Assembly: GCA_009103225.1 (NCBI GenBank)
Contig: RHPI01003156.1
Location: 350,537-414,536, forward strand
Direction: 5' to 3'
DNA length: 64,000 nucleotides
Source: Chlorokybus atmophyticus
Lineage: Eukaryota; Plantae; Mesostigma and Chlorokybus algae
Shown here: in pieces, positions 38,456-50,190 of the stretch
How the letters are laid out: each line of letters begins with the position of its first letter
How positions within the stretch are numbered: position 1 is the stretch's first letter
Program-made: the position numbers and the translations under genes
Notes under the pieces: model-generated
The model's input: only the letters and a program-made list of their open reading frames with translations
What the model was told of the DNA's origin: nothing
The model's database searches: none

Positions 38456-38895
38456 TGTTGACATTCAGAGCTAAGCAGTGTTGAATGTGCAACAACACTA
38501 AGCCTATCTTACACACACGAGCATGCACAGCAGCAGCTTGCACACTTGAGTTATGCAATATGGATCATCAACTCCGGCTTAGCACACACAATATATAGTC
38601 CTAGCCACTTATCTAGCCAGATGTACATAAGAGTTCCTATTGGTTATGCTAGCTATTACAGCATGTGCTAGCATGCAGAAGGACTCTCCTTTTTGGAGCC
38701 TTCTAACGCCGCCAGAGGTCTGCTTCATTATTATCAATGCCACAACTTCAGTCTTGCAGACATCTTCCATTGACAATCGGAGATTATCAATGTAGGGGCT
38801 GTCAATTAAGAGGCTGTTAATGTAGGGGCTGTTAATGCAAAGGGGCTGTCCAAGCTGATTGTAGCTGGTGAGGACAGTAGCGGCTGTTCTAAACA
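38456..38895. mobile_element. Solo LTR of the copia B family inserted in copia A RNase H
   Basis: Homologous to the copia B LTRs (CAGAGCTAAGCAGTGTTGAATG...); perfect TSD GTGAC; removal restores MSCDNQ. Confidence 0.92.
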
Positions 38896-39512
38896 GTGAC
38901 AACCAGTGCAGCAAAGCTACTGCGGAATCCCATTCTCTCAGCGAGGAGCAAGCACGTAGGTTACATTATAAAAGACAGAGTGGCGAGGAATGAGATCGAG
39001 TTTGTCTACTGTAGCAGTGAGGAGATGCTGGCTGACTTCATAACGAAGGCATTGTTTATAAAGAAGTTCAAGACATAATGTGCAGGATTGGGCATCGGGA
39101 CAGCGAAGATGAGGACGAAAAAGACCAAGTTTTAAAGGTTCAGAGCTGGCCAAGCTGCCTGCGAGGGAGTGTGGAGAGTATTGCGCGATTTATGGTGTTC
39201 TCTACAGATATAGCATATGACACTGTGCTATTGTCCAGTTAGCTTAGCTAGCCCGATTGTAGCTTATTAAGCTGGTACTTGATAAGCTCCTCATAAACTG
39301 CAGTTGTATGTATAGGCTTTAAGCAATTGGGACTGGTACAGCCAAGATCTCTGTCTGGTCTTGAGTGGGATTTAAACTGAGGGCCCAGAGTCAACAAGCC
39401 GCTGGTTATTGAGTTAGTTCACTCTCTAGTCATTGCATTAGCGGTGTGGCTTTGCGCTTACCACTTTACTGTATATGCTTGTTGTGCATGGTTGCAGCAT
39501 CTCTAATCAATA

Positions 39513-40343
39513 TAGACTTTTCCCGTCGCTACATCGACGACATCCTCATCTTCAGCCACACACTCGAGCAGCACCTGCTCCACATCAAGAGGGTGTTATG
39601 CAAAGTCAAGACAGTCGGCATGAGTGTGCATCCTGACAAGTGCACCCTCTTCACCAATAAGGTGCCCTACTTGGGCCACCTAATCATGCCCAACGGTGTA
39701 TACGTGCAGCAAGCCCAAGCAAAAGCGCTTGCGGCCATTCATGCCCTCAACGACCTCATACGGCTACGCGCCTTCCTCAAGCTACCATAGACTTGTACAT
39801 GATTTCACGAAGATCGCGCGTCCTCTCAACGAGCTGCTGAAGAAAGAAGCAGAATGGGAGTGGAAGGACACCCATCAGCAGTCCTTTCGTGAGCTGAAAC
39901 AGAGGCTTACCACGGCCCCCATCCTGCGACAGCCAAACTACCACAAGTCTTTCATCCTGCACACAGACTGGAGCAAGCTCAACATGGGAGCTGTGCTCGT
40001 ACAGCACGACAACAACAAGAAGGAGAGAGTTGTCTCTTATACCGGTCGCAGCAACGCTGTCGAGGCCAACTACAGCGGCTACGAGGGCGAGTGTCTTGCC
40101 GTTGTTTGGACCATCTCTTTTTTCCAATCCATTCTTGTTCGACTTGGTTTAAACTCATCACCGAGTATAAGCCCCTGCCCTGACCATTACCCGAAAAGCT
40201 AGCTTATTGGGCACTCCTTTCCAGGAGTACGTCTATGAGATTGAGCATTGGGCAGGCCTCGCCAAGCAGGACGCCGACGGCCTTAGCCGCAATCCTCACC
40301 TCTTCACCAAGCACGCCATTGGAGCACGCCACAAGTTGACACT
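39513..40343 (+). pseudogene. Gypsy RT C-terminal part and RNase H (continuation of 28530-28819)
   Basis: DFSRRYIDDILIFS...HPDKC..VPYLGH; FILHTDWSK..GAVL..Q; NYSGYEGECLAVVW; DADGLSR. Confidence 0.93.
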
Positions 40344-41659
40344 CAGGGTTTTTTCACGCGCGGACCAGCCGTATACGACCCGCAGACCATGTCTGGTACG
40401 TTGTGGCATACCAGTGCCGCAACTGGACTGGCGTGAGCGGACCACTGGTCAGCCGGCCCCGGAGCTGAATGGTGTGGTCCGGTTGATCGGATCAAGGCTG
40501 GTCGCGTGCCCCCCGGCCTAAAAACCAGTGCAGCACTGGTACAGCACGCTGTCCGCTTGAAAGCACCAGGGCTGGTCTTGCCCCGCGCCGCCTGCGCACC
40601 ACACCAGCACTGGTACAGACGTGCAGGTGCCGTGAACAAGATTTGGTCTGTGTGCAGCCGTGTCATGGGACCAAGTACATTGTAGCGCGTCGCTTCAATC
40701 CATTGATTCCAAACGTACGCAATGATCGCTGTCCGGTATGATGGGCCGCGACCTGGCTCACGTTAGCAAAGCGATAAGTACGGATGTAAGCATCCCGTGC
40801 TAAAACTCTTATCGCAACTGAGGTCGCAGTGAGGCACTGCGTTGCAACCAGCAAGCTAATGGAGCTGGAGGCGGCGATGCTTAGGGTAGGCCTAGTGAAT
40901 GCGGTAACACTGAAGCTTCACAACATTGCATTCCTTGTGGCTTGCTGTGATCTAACTGTAGTTGGCATTGGTCATAGAGCTATAGCTCAACCTGTGTTGT
41001 GCAACGGCTTAGAACTGCGGCCGGTGCTGATACTGTTGTCTGGCGACAGTGCGGCACCGTTATGGTAGTATCGTTGTCAATGACATTGCAATTGTTATCG
41101 TGACAGTGGTGGTTGTGCTTGTGTTTGCTGCGGCAGCAGCAGCAGCCGAAGGTGTTGCTACAGCCACAGCCGCTGCCAGCGGCTGTAGCTTGCGACGATA
41201 CAGTGTTGCGAAGCTTCACAACAGCAAATCAGCAACACTAGCCGTGGCAACAACCGCCGCAGCTCCTACAGCCGCTGCAGCAGCAGCTACAGCCGCTGCA
41301 ACCGTTTTGTCTTGTGTCATGGCCACCTGCATGCTTGCACGGAGAGTCTTTGCGTCAAGCAGTCGTCGTTGCTGGTAGACGCACATGTAAAGTTTTAATT
41401 TTGTTGTTGTACAGGCGATTGCAGCCAACAACCGCGCAGGGAATTTTGCCTGAGACTAGTTGCACGTTCAATGCAACGCATTCCCGGCAAGTATATATGG
41501 TGTATGGCTCTTGGCATTAGTATGCATGTGATTACCTCTACCTGGGCAGTCTAGCACGCACGTGTGTTGTGTCATCTTCCACAATGTGCGTATTTCGCAG
41601 TGTGCATATTTCACAGTGCTTGTGTCGTCTTAGCTGATTTGGTGCTGGGATGCCGCATA

Positions 41660-42077
41660 TATTGAGATGGATGATGACAAGCATACACATGCACAAGTGC
41701 ACGCCACAACACCAGCGTCAGCCATACAAGACCATCTATTGCCATTATGTGCACGGGTTTTAAACCCGCCAGCTACACATGCTTCTACTTTGGAAGCTAC
41801 TGCATTTAGCACACTCGACTATAACTTGCACGCTAAGTTGCTCCATGTAGCTAGCTTCAAGAGCTTTACAACAAGCTATGGCACACGCCAGATAGTCTAG
41901 TAACCACCGAGATGCAATCATTCTACTACAGCGCCTGGAAGTCTCCAGACTCCGGACTCGCTGACGCGCCTGGAACCTTCTCGCGCCTGAATCTCTCGAC
42001 TTGAGTCGCCAAGAACGTTCTAGCGGCTATTCCTATGCAGAGGGCAAGCTGACCTAGATGTAGGAATATCCTCGACA
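41660..42077. mobile_element. Solo LTR (family Y), second copy
   Basis: TATTGAG...CTCGACA with perfect TSD GCATA; homologous to 35218-35631. Confidence 0.88.
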
Positions 42078-42969
42078 GCATAGGCGTAACTACATATTTG
42101 AGATTCGAGGGCAACAACGTGGCGCAGCTTTGAAAACAACTTGGGAAACAGGTTGCAAAAGAGTGCTGTCGTCCATTCTTCAAGTGCACAAGGCATGCAC
42201 AGCCTAGTCATTGGCTAGCACACATTATTGGTATGCAGCTCATTGTCAGTTTGCACACTTAGCAATGCACTTGTTCCCCATTTGCATGTTGCTTATGCAG
42301 CTGGCGCTGCTGTTGCGCCACAGTGCAAGCAATCAGCGCATTTACTGCGACAAGCACTATGGCTATCTCGGTTGGTAGATCACTTTGGAGTGCTTGCAAG
42401 AACTCTACAGGTCTGAAACCTTTGATGTGTGCGCGCACGCGTGTATGCGCGCGTATGCATATGTGCGTGTGTACATTGTGTACATGTGCATGTGTACACG
42501 TACTTGTATGTGTGGGTACCTCCCCCCCCCCTCCCCTTCGCGTTCCCAAACATTAGCAAGTGCTCACTCAAGTCCTGTGCACAGTCAGCAAACTCAACCA
42601 ACTTGGCCGGAGTCATGTATGCCGTTCTGCCCCTGCCAGAAGCCACATGCTGGACCCTTCACCTGCTACACCACCAAGTCGCGTTGAGGTAGTTTGAAGC
42701 TGACGCGAAACATTGGCAGTGGAGCCTACCGACAGGTGAGCATGGTCAAGCACTTAGCGCACGCACGCATGCATTTGTTCGCTTGCGCATACACGCGAAG
42801 TGCTTGCATATGGGCATGCGCGTGCAAGAATGCATGTGCTCTTACTTTGTCTTCAGTTCTCACGGGCTCTTGCAATTCACACATACGCATGTACACATAC
42901 AAACATACACATTCGATGGAATCAGCTCATGGATCTGTAATAATAGTTTAACAGGCGGCACCGGTCATA

Positions 42970-45690
42970 ACCAGTGCCGCCTATGGATGGTTGCTGTAGG
43001 CGGGGTCATAGACCGCACTATCTAGTGCAGCTTATGCCAGCTGGTCAGGGTTGAGGGTTAGGTTAGATTGTAAAAGTCATAGGCTGCTGTGTGTGAGCAC
43101 GTGTGTATGTGTGCATGACGTACACCCACAACGCTTTGAAGCGCGCGCGTGTGCATCTTCATGCGTGTGTGCGCGCGTATGTGTGTTTGTGCTTACATGT
43201 GCGTGTAAGCGCATGCACCTGTGCTTAGGCGTGTTTACGCGTGACTCTTTGTGCAAAGTCACACACATCTTTGGTTGTACGCATGTCTGAAACAGTTACT
43301 GCACACCGCTGATTCGTGACATCGCTGTCAGTGGGGAGCCTGCTGCTGCTCTTCTCATAGCGCAGGACTGCGGGGGCCAATCCCTCAAACTTGCTCAGAC
43401 GAATGTGCCACACCCTGGGTGCTTGCTTCAAGCCGTAGAGCGCCTTCACCGACTTGCAAGCAATCTCCGGTCCTCCCTCTTAACAACCCTTGGGTTGCTG
43501 GATGTAGATCTTGTCCTNTCTCGCTTGCTGTCTCACGTGAACCCCTCACGCACAGGAATAGCTAGCTTTGACTAGGTTAGTACAAGCGGTGTTGTACCAC
43601 ACCGCGACGTGAGACGCTTGGCTCTGTCAGTCATCTTTTCTGTTGGCCCTATTTTCCCCACCATAGTTGGCCGTAATCAGCTGTGGAAGTAGGCAGGGCG
43701 GTAGTCTCCGGCATGTGCTTGCCTTCTGATTGGAAGCCCTGGTGCTCGAGGGTCATGAGCGCTGACGAGGGCAGCATTTGCGGGACAGATGAAACTCATC
43801 TCGTTAGTGCTTGACGCTGGGCGGTTGCACAACTTTATGGTGGTGCTCATTCAGTGCTGTATATAGGCTCCCTGCGCTCCCTCCTCCACCGCTTCCTTGC
43901 AGAGATGCGCACCTACACGTACACTGTGCACGCACACTCATGTGACAACGCGCACATGCATGCGCTCACACGCACGTGCACGTGCATGTACTGACTGCCC
44001 CCCAAGCTCGCAATCAGCAACTCGCTGCTGAAAAGAAAGAAAAAAGAGAAGGAAGGAAGAGCAAATGTGTAGTGCACGGCGTTGTGTACGTAAGCACTAC
44101 CTCGCCCTAACCCATGCTCTCCACCATCTTTAAGGTGCGACGCCTCGGCATGTGCGTGTGCGTGTGCGCATGCGCATCAGAGTGCACATTATCAGACATT
44201 GAACATTGCTTATGCTTGAATGCGCACGCACAAACATTGACACCAATGGTCGGGCTCATAGGCTGCAATGTTCAGTGCACACAGCAGACTATAACCCGCC
44301 TCATAGGCACTGTTCAGTGCAGCCTATGAGACGGACTCATAGGCTGCACTGAACAGTGCCTGTATGAGCGGGCAGTCTCACAGGCTGTGCAGCGCAGCCA
44401 ATGAGATGGTCGCCATAGTAGGGCGCACAGAGGACACTAACTAGTGCCACCCATGAGAGTGGTTTGGCCACTTCATCATTTTCTTGTTTGTTTGTACACG
44501 TCAAGCAGCTACACGCAGCAACGCAACATACACCAGGCATATGAGATTCGTGCGCATGCGTGCGTGTGTGTGGCTTTTGGCTTCACATGTACGTATATAC
44601 GTACATGCACCATGTGCGACACGTGGTCACTCACATGTCCCCTACAGAAACATTGCCAGCCTGCCGCAGAGTGCCCATGATGCTGCGTAAGGCCAGTTGC
44701 GCATTGGTAATCTAATAGTGCTTCAGGGCATTACCGCTGGTGGTGGTGGGGAGCCCAACGCTGCTGCTCGTTAGAGGGCGCAAGACTGCCAGTGAGGGAT
44801 GCCACAACGAGGTGCAACAGCTGAACAATAGGTAAATGGTAAGTGAGGGGGAAGGGGAGGGAAGGGCAGAAATGTGCGCGCATACATGCATGCGCACGCA
44901 CACACACATGGGCATGCATGCAAGCATGCATGTCCTCAAATCTGCCTTGCACTCTCTTATGGGCTCCCTGTCGCACGCGCTTGCACGTGAACACATATAG
45001 ATTTGTTGGAATCGTGTAATGGAACAGTAACTGTCTCATAGGCGGCACGGTGCCACAAGTTGCTGTAGGCTGGCTCATAGGCCGCACTGTCTAGTGCGGC
45101 CTATGAGCCAATTCTGCGTGTACACTAAGCACGGGAACAGTGTGCTTTGTGTCCCCNGGCGAAGTCTGATGCTTTCTTTACGTTGTGCTAGGATGCTGAT
45201 GGGAGGTATGACTATCTCAACACTGAGAGTCCCGGTGCAAGCCCGAGAAGGTACCCCCCTTCCTCCTTGCAGAGATGCGCACACGCATTAGCTTGAAACA
45301 TGAGCACTGCGTGGCACTGGTCCATGCGCTCACGCATACGAACACATGCAGGTACGGTGATTGCCCAAGCTGGCAATCACCACCCGGCTCTGCATATGCA
45401 AGCACTACCTCGCCCCGCTGCTCGTGCTCTCTAGCTTCAAGGTGCGCTGATTGTGAATGTGCACGGCCAATTTTTCGATTGGGCTCATAAACCGCATGGT
45501 GTACACAGGCGCATGCATGCAAGTGTTCTTGGTCACGCACGCATGCACGTGCACACACAGTTGTTGGCTACTAACTATGATACTGCAACTCCATAGGCTG
45601 CACTATCCAATGCAGCCTATGAGGCTGGCTGATTAGGTAGCGCTGGCTCATGAGCCGCACTGACCAGTGCGGCCCATTGGCCAGCGCTAC
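42970..45690. repeat. Dispersed family of short palindromic hairpins (consensus CTCATAGGCYGCACT-N4-AGTGCRGCCTATGAG)
   Basis: Perfect 18-bp stem at 45071-45110; 31/33-bp inverted pair at 44300-44368; 11-bp stem at 45592-45621; degenerate copies near 42995, 44253, 45035 and 45645. Confidence 0.85.
43377..43869 (+). other. Chimeric exact duplicates: 141 bp of copia B RT (=33004-33144), one N, then 351 bp of PRR intron 1 (=52781-53131)
   Basis: Both segments appear base-for-base identical to their sources by eye and are joined by an N at 43518. Confidence 0.9.
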
Positions 45691-46518
45691 CAAATAAATA
45701 GCTTCTGGGAGTTATAGACGGCTGCAAGTGCTAGCTGCCTCACATACATGCATGTGCCCGCAAGTGCACCTACTTCTTTGCACGCAGACGCACACGCAGA
45801 CATCAACAGTCCTAACAATTGCATGCTTGCCGCACCCATGCACTGTAATCGCTACACGCGCGTGCAAACCTCACAAACCAGCCAAGGTGTGGCCGCAATG
45901 AACAGGGGTGAGGAGCGGGCACCAGACCGGGCCAACAGGTACCTGTTGGTTTTCTTGTCTCATCAGATCACAAGTGTCATACTCTGAGTTTGCTGTTCAA
46001 AGGTTTTCACATGCGTGCGTGCGCGCATGTGCGAGTGCGTACTGCGTAGGTAGATGGTGTGTGCATGCTTGATGATTTTCAGTTAGCTTGCAGATGTATA
46101 AGTGTGTCGTCTTGGTTGTAGCGTTGCATACTGAAATTTTTGGAAGCTCTACATTTGTCCATGTTATATCCTATGTGCCTGTGTGCTATCGTAAGCATGA
46201 ATGCTGCTGCATGCATATATGCTGTTGCATGCGGAAATCAAGGTTCACAACCTTATGGGATGTGGTTGATTGCAACAAGGTCAGCACAAGATAGCTATAA
46301 GATAGCTAAGCATGCATGTATTGACTCCGACATCAGGCCATGGCGAGCAGATGGCCCAACGGGCGTTTGCTTGTCATGGCGTGGTCGGTGTTGTGGCAAC
46401 GGCGGCGGCGCCACAACTTGTGGCGCATGCTGACCTGGTCGTCACCAGGCACAACTAGGTGTAATGGGAAAGTACATCCAATAGCCACAAATTAATAATA
46501 GAAGCACCGAGTCTTTTA

Positions 46519-46572
46519 TGGTCGAGTGGGCTGTGACATTAGCATTGGAGCTTGAGACCCGAGTTCAATTCC
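46519..46572 (+). repeat. tRNA-derived Pol III promoter-like segment (SINE-head-like), copy 2
   Basis: A-box TGGTCGAGTGG (46519) and B-box GAGTTCAATTCC (46561); partial re-duplication of the A-box region near 46940. Confidence 0.5.
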
Positions 46573-47458
46573 TGCCTTGCACACGAATTCCGCAGTCGTT
46601 GTTTCTCGATCCATACCAATTGTGAATGGTTGGTTCATAACTACCATCATCGATTGGTCGCAACATGCCTAATGGCAGTCGCGTCGCACTGACTAGTTCA
46701 ATCGGCGCGGCAGGTCGCAATGCAGCCTATGGAGCCGGCAGCGGCGCGCTACGCGCGTGCTAATCGGTATGGGCCTAACTTGGCCGGTCCTTGGGCTGTG
46801 AGGCCGGTGACCGACCCCAACAAACCCCTGGGATGATTCCCTAATTAAGCATGGGCAGCTGCTGAGGACATTAGCATTCTTAAGTGGGGGGCAATGTAAC
46901 GGCAAGGTACTTTAAATAACCATAGATCGACAATACCATCGAGTCTTTTATGATCGAGTGGGCTGCGACACCAGGCCAGCGGCGTGGCTTGGTGCAATTG
47001 ATATGGAGCACTAGGCCGCCCGCCCGGCCACAAGCAGCGGTGGCCCGATTGCGGTGATCTGCGGCTTATTGCTATAGTGAGCCCGTAGGCTGCCGCCGAT
47101 ACACATTTAATCTACAACCAGCTGGTGAACAAATCGCATGATGGAAGATATCGCACACCAGCCATGGTCCATAGCTCCTGTTACAAGCAGGTACAGGATT
47201 GGTCAGTCTTGCAAATTGATACCCGATCAATGCTAATTCTTGCAAAAAACCATACTCGGTCCGATTATGGCCAGTTTTGACCAGGATCAGGGCTGGCCCA
47301 GTTCTCTGAGGACTGTGGGACAATTACTACTATTTAGACCATTCGTGGTCCCCGCTTACAGACCAAGGTGGGCGACCCTGGTCCGGACCCCAAGCCGCCC
47401 AGATGTTTCTACCCTGGTTCATACGTGCAGACCAGGGATGGTCCGTGGAAAACATTCC

Positions 47459-48805
47459 ATGACAACCTCAGCTTCTCCACCAAGGATAGGCACCATGTTT
47501 GCTGTAGCGGCACTGCGTTTGGGCTGCACCACAGCCAAAACGGACACATCATCACTGCATCCGGGCCGCGCTACGGCCACAACGGATACGTCACCGACTT
47601 CGGACAATGAAGACCCATACATGCCTGCTCTGGAGCCGGCATCCGACGTCTCCGTCGAGGGGGGTTGTCGACGACATTGAGTTGCCACCCACAGACCTGC
47701 GTCGGGACATCTGGCTGGATACCCACTCCCTAGCCTTCCTGCAACAAGAGCACATGCCTGCCGGCCTCAATGCAACGGATTGACCGCGTCAGCCAACGCA
47801 CACAGTACTACTATTTGATAGATGACCGCCTGCTGCGACGCATTCGCATTGAAGACAAAAAGGTCCCTGCTCCCCATCTATGAGAGGGCATTATTGTAGC
47901 TCACAATACCGAGCTGGGACACTTCGGTGTCAAGCGCACCGTTAGCTTGGTACGCGCACACTACTGGTGGCACGGCATGTACACACAAGTACGAGCCTAT
48001 GTAGAGCGCACTTAGCAAGACCACCCACAAATGGCCTATTTGAACGCACTGTTTAGACCATCAACAAGGCGCTACAGAAGTACGCAATCGAGCACGAGAA
48101 GCGCACCTGGGATAAGTACCTCCTCTGGCTAGCATTAAGCTACTGCTTGTCCAAGCAAGCCGCACTCAACAAGTATAGCCCTTATCAACTGCTGTTTGGC
48201 CGCGAGCCATTGCTCTCGCGCGCACAGCAAGAAGCTGTACGGGTGCGGGACAACCTTGAGGACCATGTCCTTATGCACTACGATATAAAAGCCCACGCCG
48301 ACCTCTGCTATCACCTAGTCCCCATGGCCATGAGCAACCTGCGCACTGCTCAGCAGCGCGACACCCTGCGCTACGAACGCGTCCGCAGCGGCTTCTACAA
48401 TCAACATGACCGAAGCTTTAAGCAGGTGACCTTGTATACCGCATGGCCCGCATACATAACACCCCGGGCATAGCGTCCAGCGCATCATCTATAAAGTCTT
48501 GAGAGCATACCCCTCCGGAGTCCTTGATCTCTCGGCAACGACGGCGAGTGACAACGACAACATCACCAACTGCGCGCCCTGTCACCTTCCACATGGTAGC
48601 AGGCTTTGACATCATCCGTCATCCGCGCTCTCTCCGTAGCAAGCGTTGTGAGCAGTGTGGTAGTGCGGATGCCGACGCGCTCATGATGCTGTGCGACGGA
48701 TGGAACGACGGCATGCACGGCTACTGCCCTCCTCTTCAAAAGGTCCCCTTTGAAGCCTACTGGTGCGACGACTGCCGCACCCACCGACCACCAAACTTAC
48801 AATAA
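47459..48805 (+). pseudogene. Gypsy integrase remnants with C-terminal PHD finger
   Basis: Zn-binding region HNTELGHFGVKRT...HYWWHGMY; most of the DDE core is deleted; TNGLFERTV*TI...WDKYL...YSPYQLLFGRE; PHD CEQC..MLCDGW..MHGYC..WCDDC (C4HC3 with one Cys to Trp) at ~48645-48777. Confidence 0.88.
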
Positions 48806-48853
48806 AACCGAATCTTGCGGTAGGGACTCCCACAGGCCTCATGGGGGGCGGCT

Positions 48854-49906
48854 TGTTGACTTACAGCTATCCGTAGCTGAGTATCAAGACTCCCCGCGTT
48901 TTATCTCATCCTTTGCATTGTAGTCACCTCTTTCCACTGCACACTTTCAGCAGAGGGGTACTCCTTTACCTTCACCCAAAGATTATGGTAGTGCGCCCAT
49001 CACTGCTGTGCTTCCTCAGCCACAGCACAGTTCCGCTAATGCTGTCTAAAATGTTCAGCGCTCAACAGCTGTCACGATAACCGCCAAAAAGGGCTCATTC
49101 CTCTCGTGTATGCCTACATTTAGCTTATCTCCCGAGCTACCGACATACCAATCCCCTTCGACTAGTCCGAGTCTTTCGTGCTATTGGCATTAATTCTTCA
49201 CCACCACTGAGCAGTTCTCGTAGGTATTCCGCATAGCTGATGACACATTGGAGTTCCGACCCTACACCTGCAACTTTTGAGCCATATGTTGGAAGTCGCG
49301 GCCACCCAGCCTTGCCATTTAGCCAAGACCTTGGAAGTCATGACCAGAAGGTCCCTCGATCCCAACCAATCCGTTGTAAGTCCACCACGCTGCCCGTGGA
49401 CGGACTCTCTTAAGAATTCCTGTTTGGACTAGACAGCTAAGTAGTGAACAAATAGCCGCGATTACACCAATTAAACTTGCTGGACTAGTGGCTCACATGT
49501 GTTCATACGGTGGTATGAGTAGACATACTATTTACTTAAATATCTCGCAAAATTGTGAGTGAGTGCATAGATATAAGAAAGTGTAATAGCAGCTTATGTT
49601 GTGAAACCTGAAGTTTACTATTGCATGCTGCGAGTGTTGTGTTGAACGCAACTCGGAGACAACGAGGTGTGAAGGGGTGCGACTGCACACAGCAAGCCGT
49701 CCCGGCTGCCAAGAAGCCTTCATACCTGTGAGAGAGTGCAGCGTCTGCAGTGTGCACTCTTTCTCACTGTGTGCGAGCTTGGTTGCATTATGGGCACGGC
49801 GTGAACAGTTACCATCCGGGTGTGGCATCACTTTGTTGCTACATTCATTCACCTCACTTAACAGTTGATATACCCATTTTCACTCACGTAAGATTCTATA
49901 GTTACA
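48854..49906 (+). mobile_element. 3' LTR (1053 bp) of the DNMT/PHD gypsy element
   Basis: Follows the PPT-like ATGGGGGGCGGCT; TGTTGAC...GTTACA ends; partial homologue at 18585-19288. Confidence 0.75.
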
Positions 49907-49924
49907 GCGCTACAGCTAGTAGCG

Positions 49925-50190
49925 CGGTTGCATTGTGCACGGTGTGATCAGTTACCATCCGGGTGTGGCATCACTAGTAGTCGCTTAGTGACTTACAGCT
50001 ATCTGTAGCTGAGTATTATAACTCCCCGCATTCTACCTCATCCTTGGCATCATAGTCACCTTTATCCACTGCACACTTCCTGCCGGGGGGTACTCTTTTG
50101 CCTTCACCCATGATTACAGTAGTGCGCAAACCATCATTGCCCTGCTTCCTCACAGCAAAGTTTCACTAATGCTGTTAGAGACGGTTCAAC
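49925..50190 (+). repeat. Partial tandem re-duplication of LTR pieces
   Basis: 49930-49975 repeats ~49780-49830; ~49990-50190 repeats the LTR start 48857-49040 (TGACTTACAGCTATC.GTAGCTGAGTAT...). Confidence 0.75.

Larger units (their letters stand above)
28820..39512 (+). mobile_element. Ty1/copia retrotransposon A (LTRs ~28820/28855-29198 and 39170-39512) containing nested elements
   Basis: Two homologous ~340-bp LTRs (GTGTTCTCTACA..TAGCATATGACAC, GGTACTTGATAAGCT, TGCTTGTTGTGCATGGTTGCA); PBS-like GGTCATCGGCCC; knuckle CFHCDQVGHRKSDC; VRSDRGGEY; KVKKDGNGNIKRYKARLVEKGF; PPT GAGGGAG. Confidence 0.9.
40344..47458. mobile_element. Putative non-autonomous hAT-like DNA transposon (~7.1 kb) splitting the gypsy pol
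   Basis: Starts CAGGGTTTTTTCACG..CGGACCA; the other end reverse-complements to GGAATGTTTTCCACGGACCA; both subterminal regions are rich in GGACC/GGTCC/GACCA; flanks TTGACACT / ATGACAAC fit a decayed 8-bp TSD and keep the gypsy frame; no transposase recognised. Confidence 0.5.

Noticed and set aside
42970-45690. CRISPR array
   Set aside because: Hairpin repeats are irregularly spaced without uniform spacers, the context is eukaryotic, and there are no cas genes.
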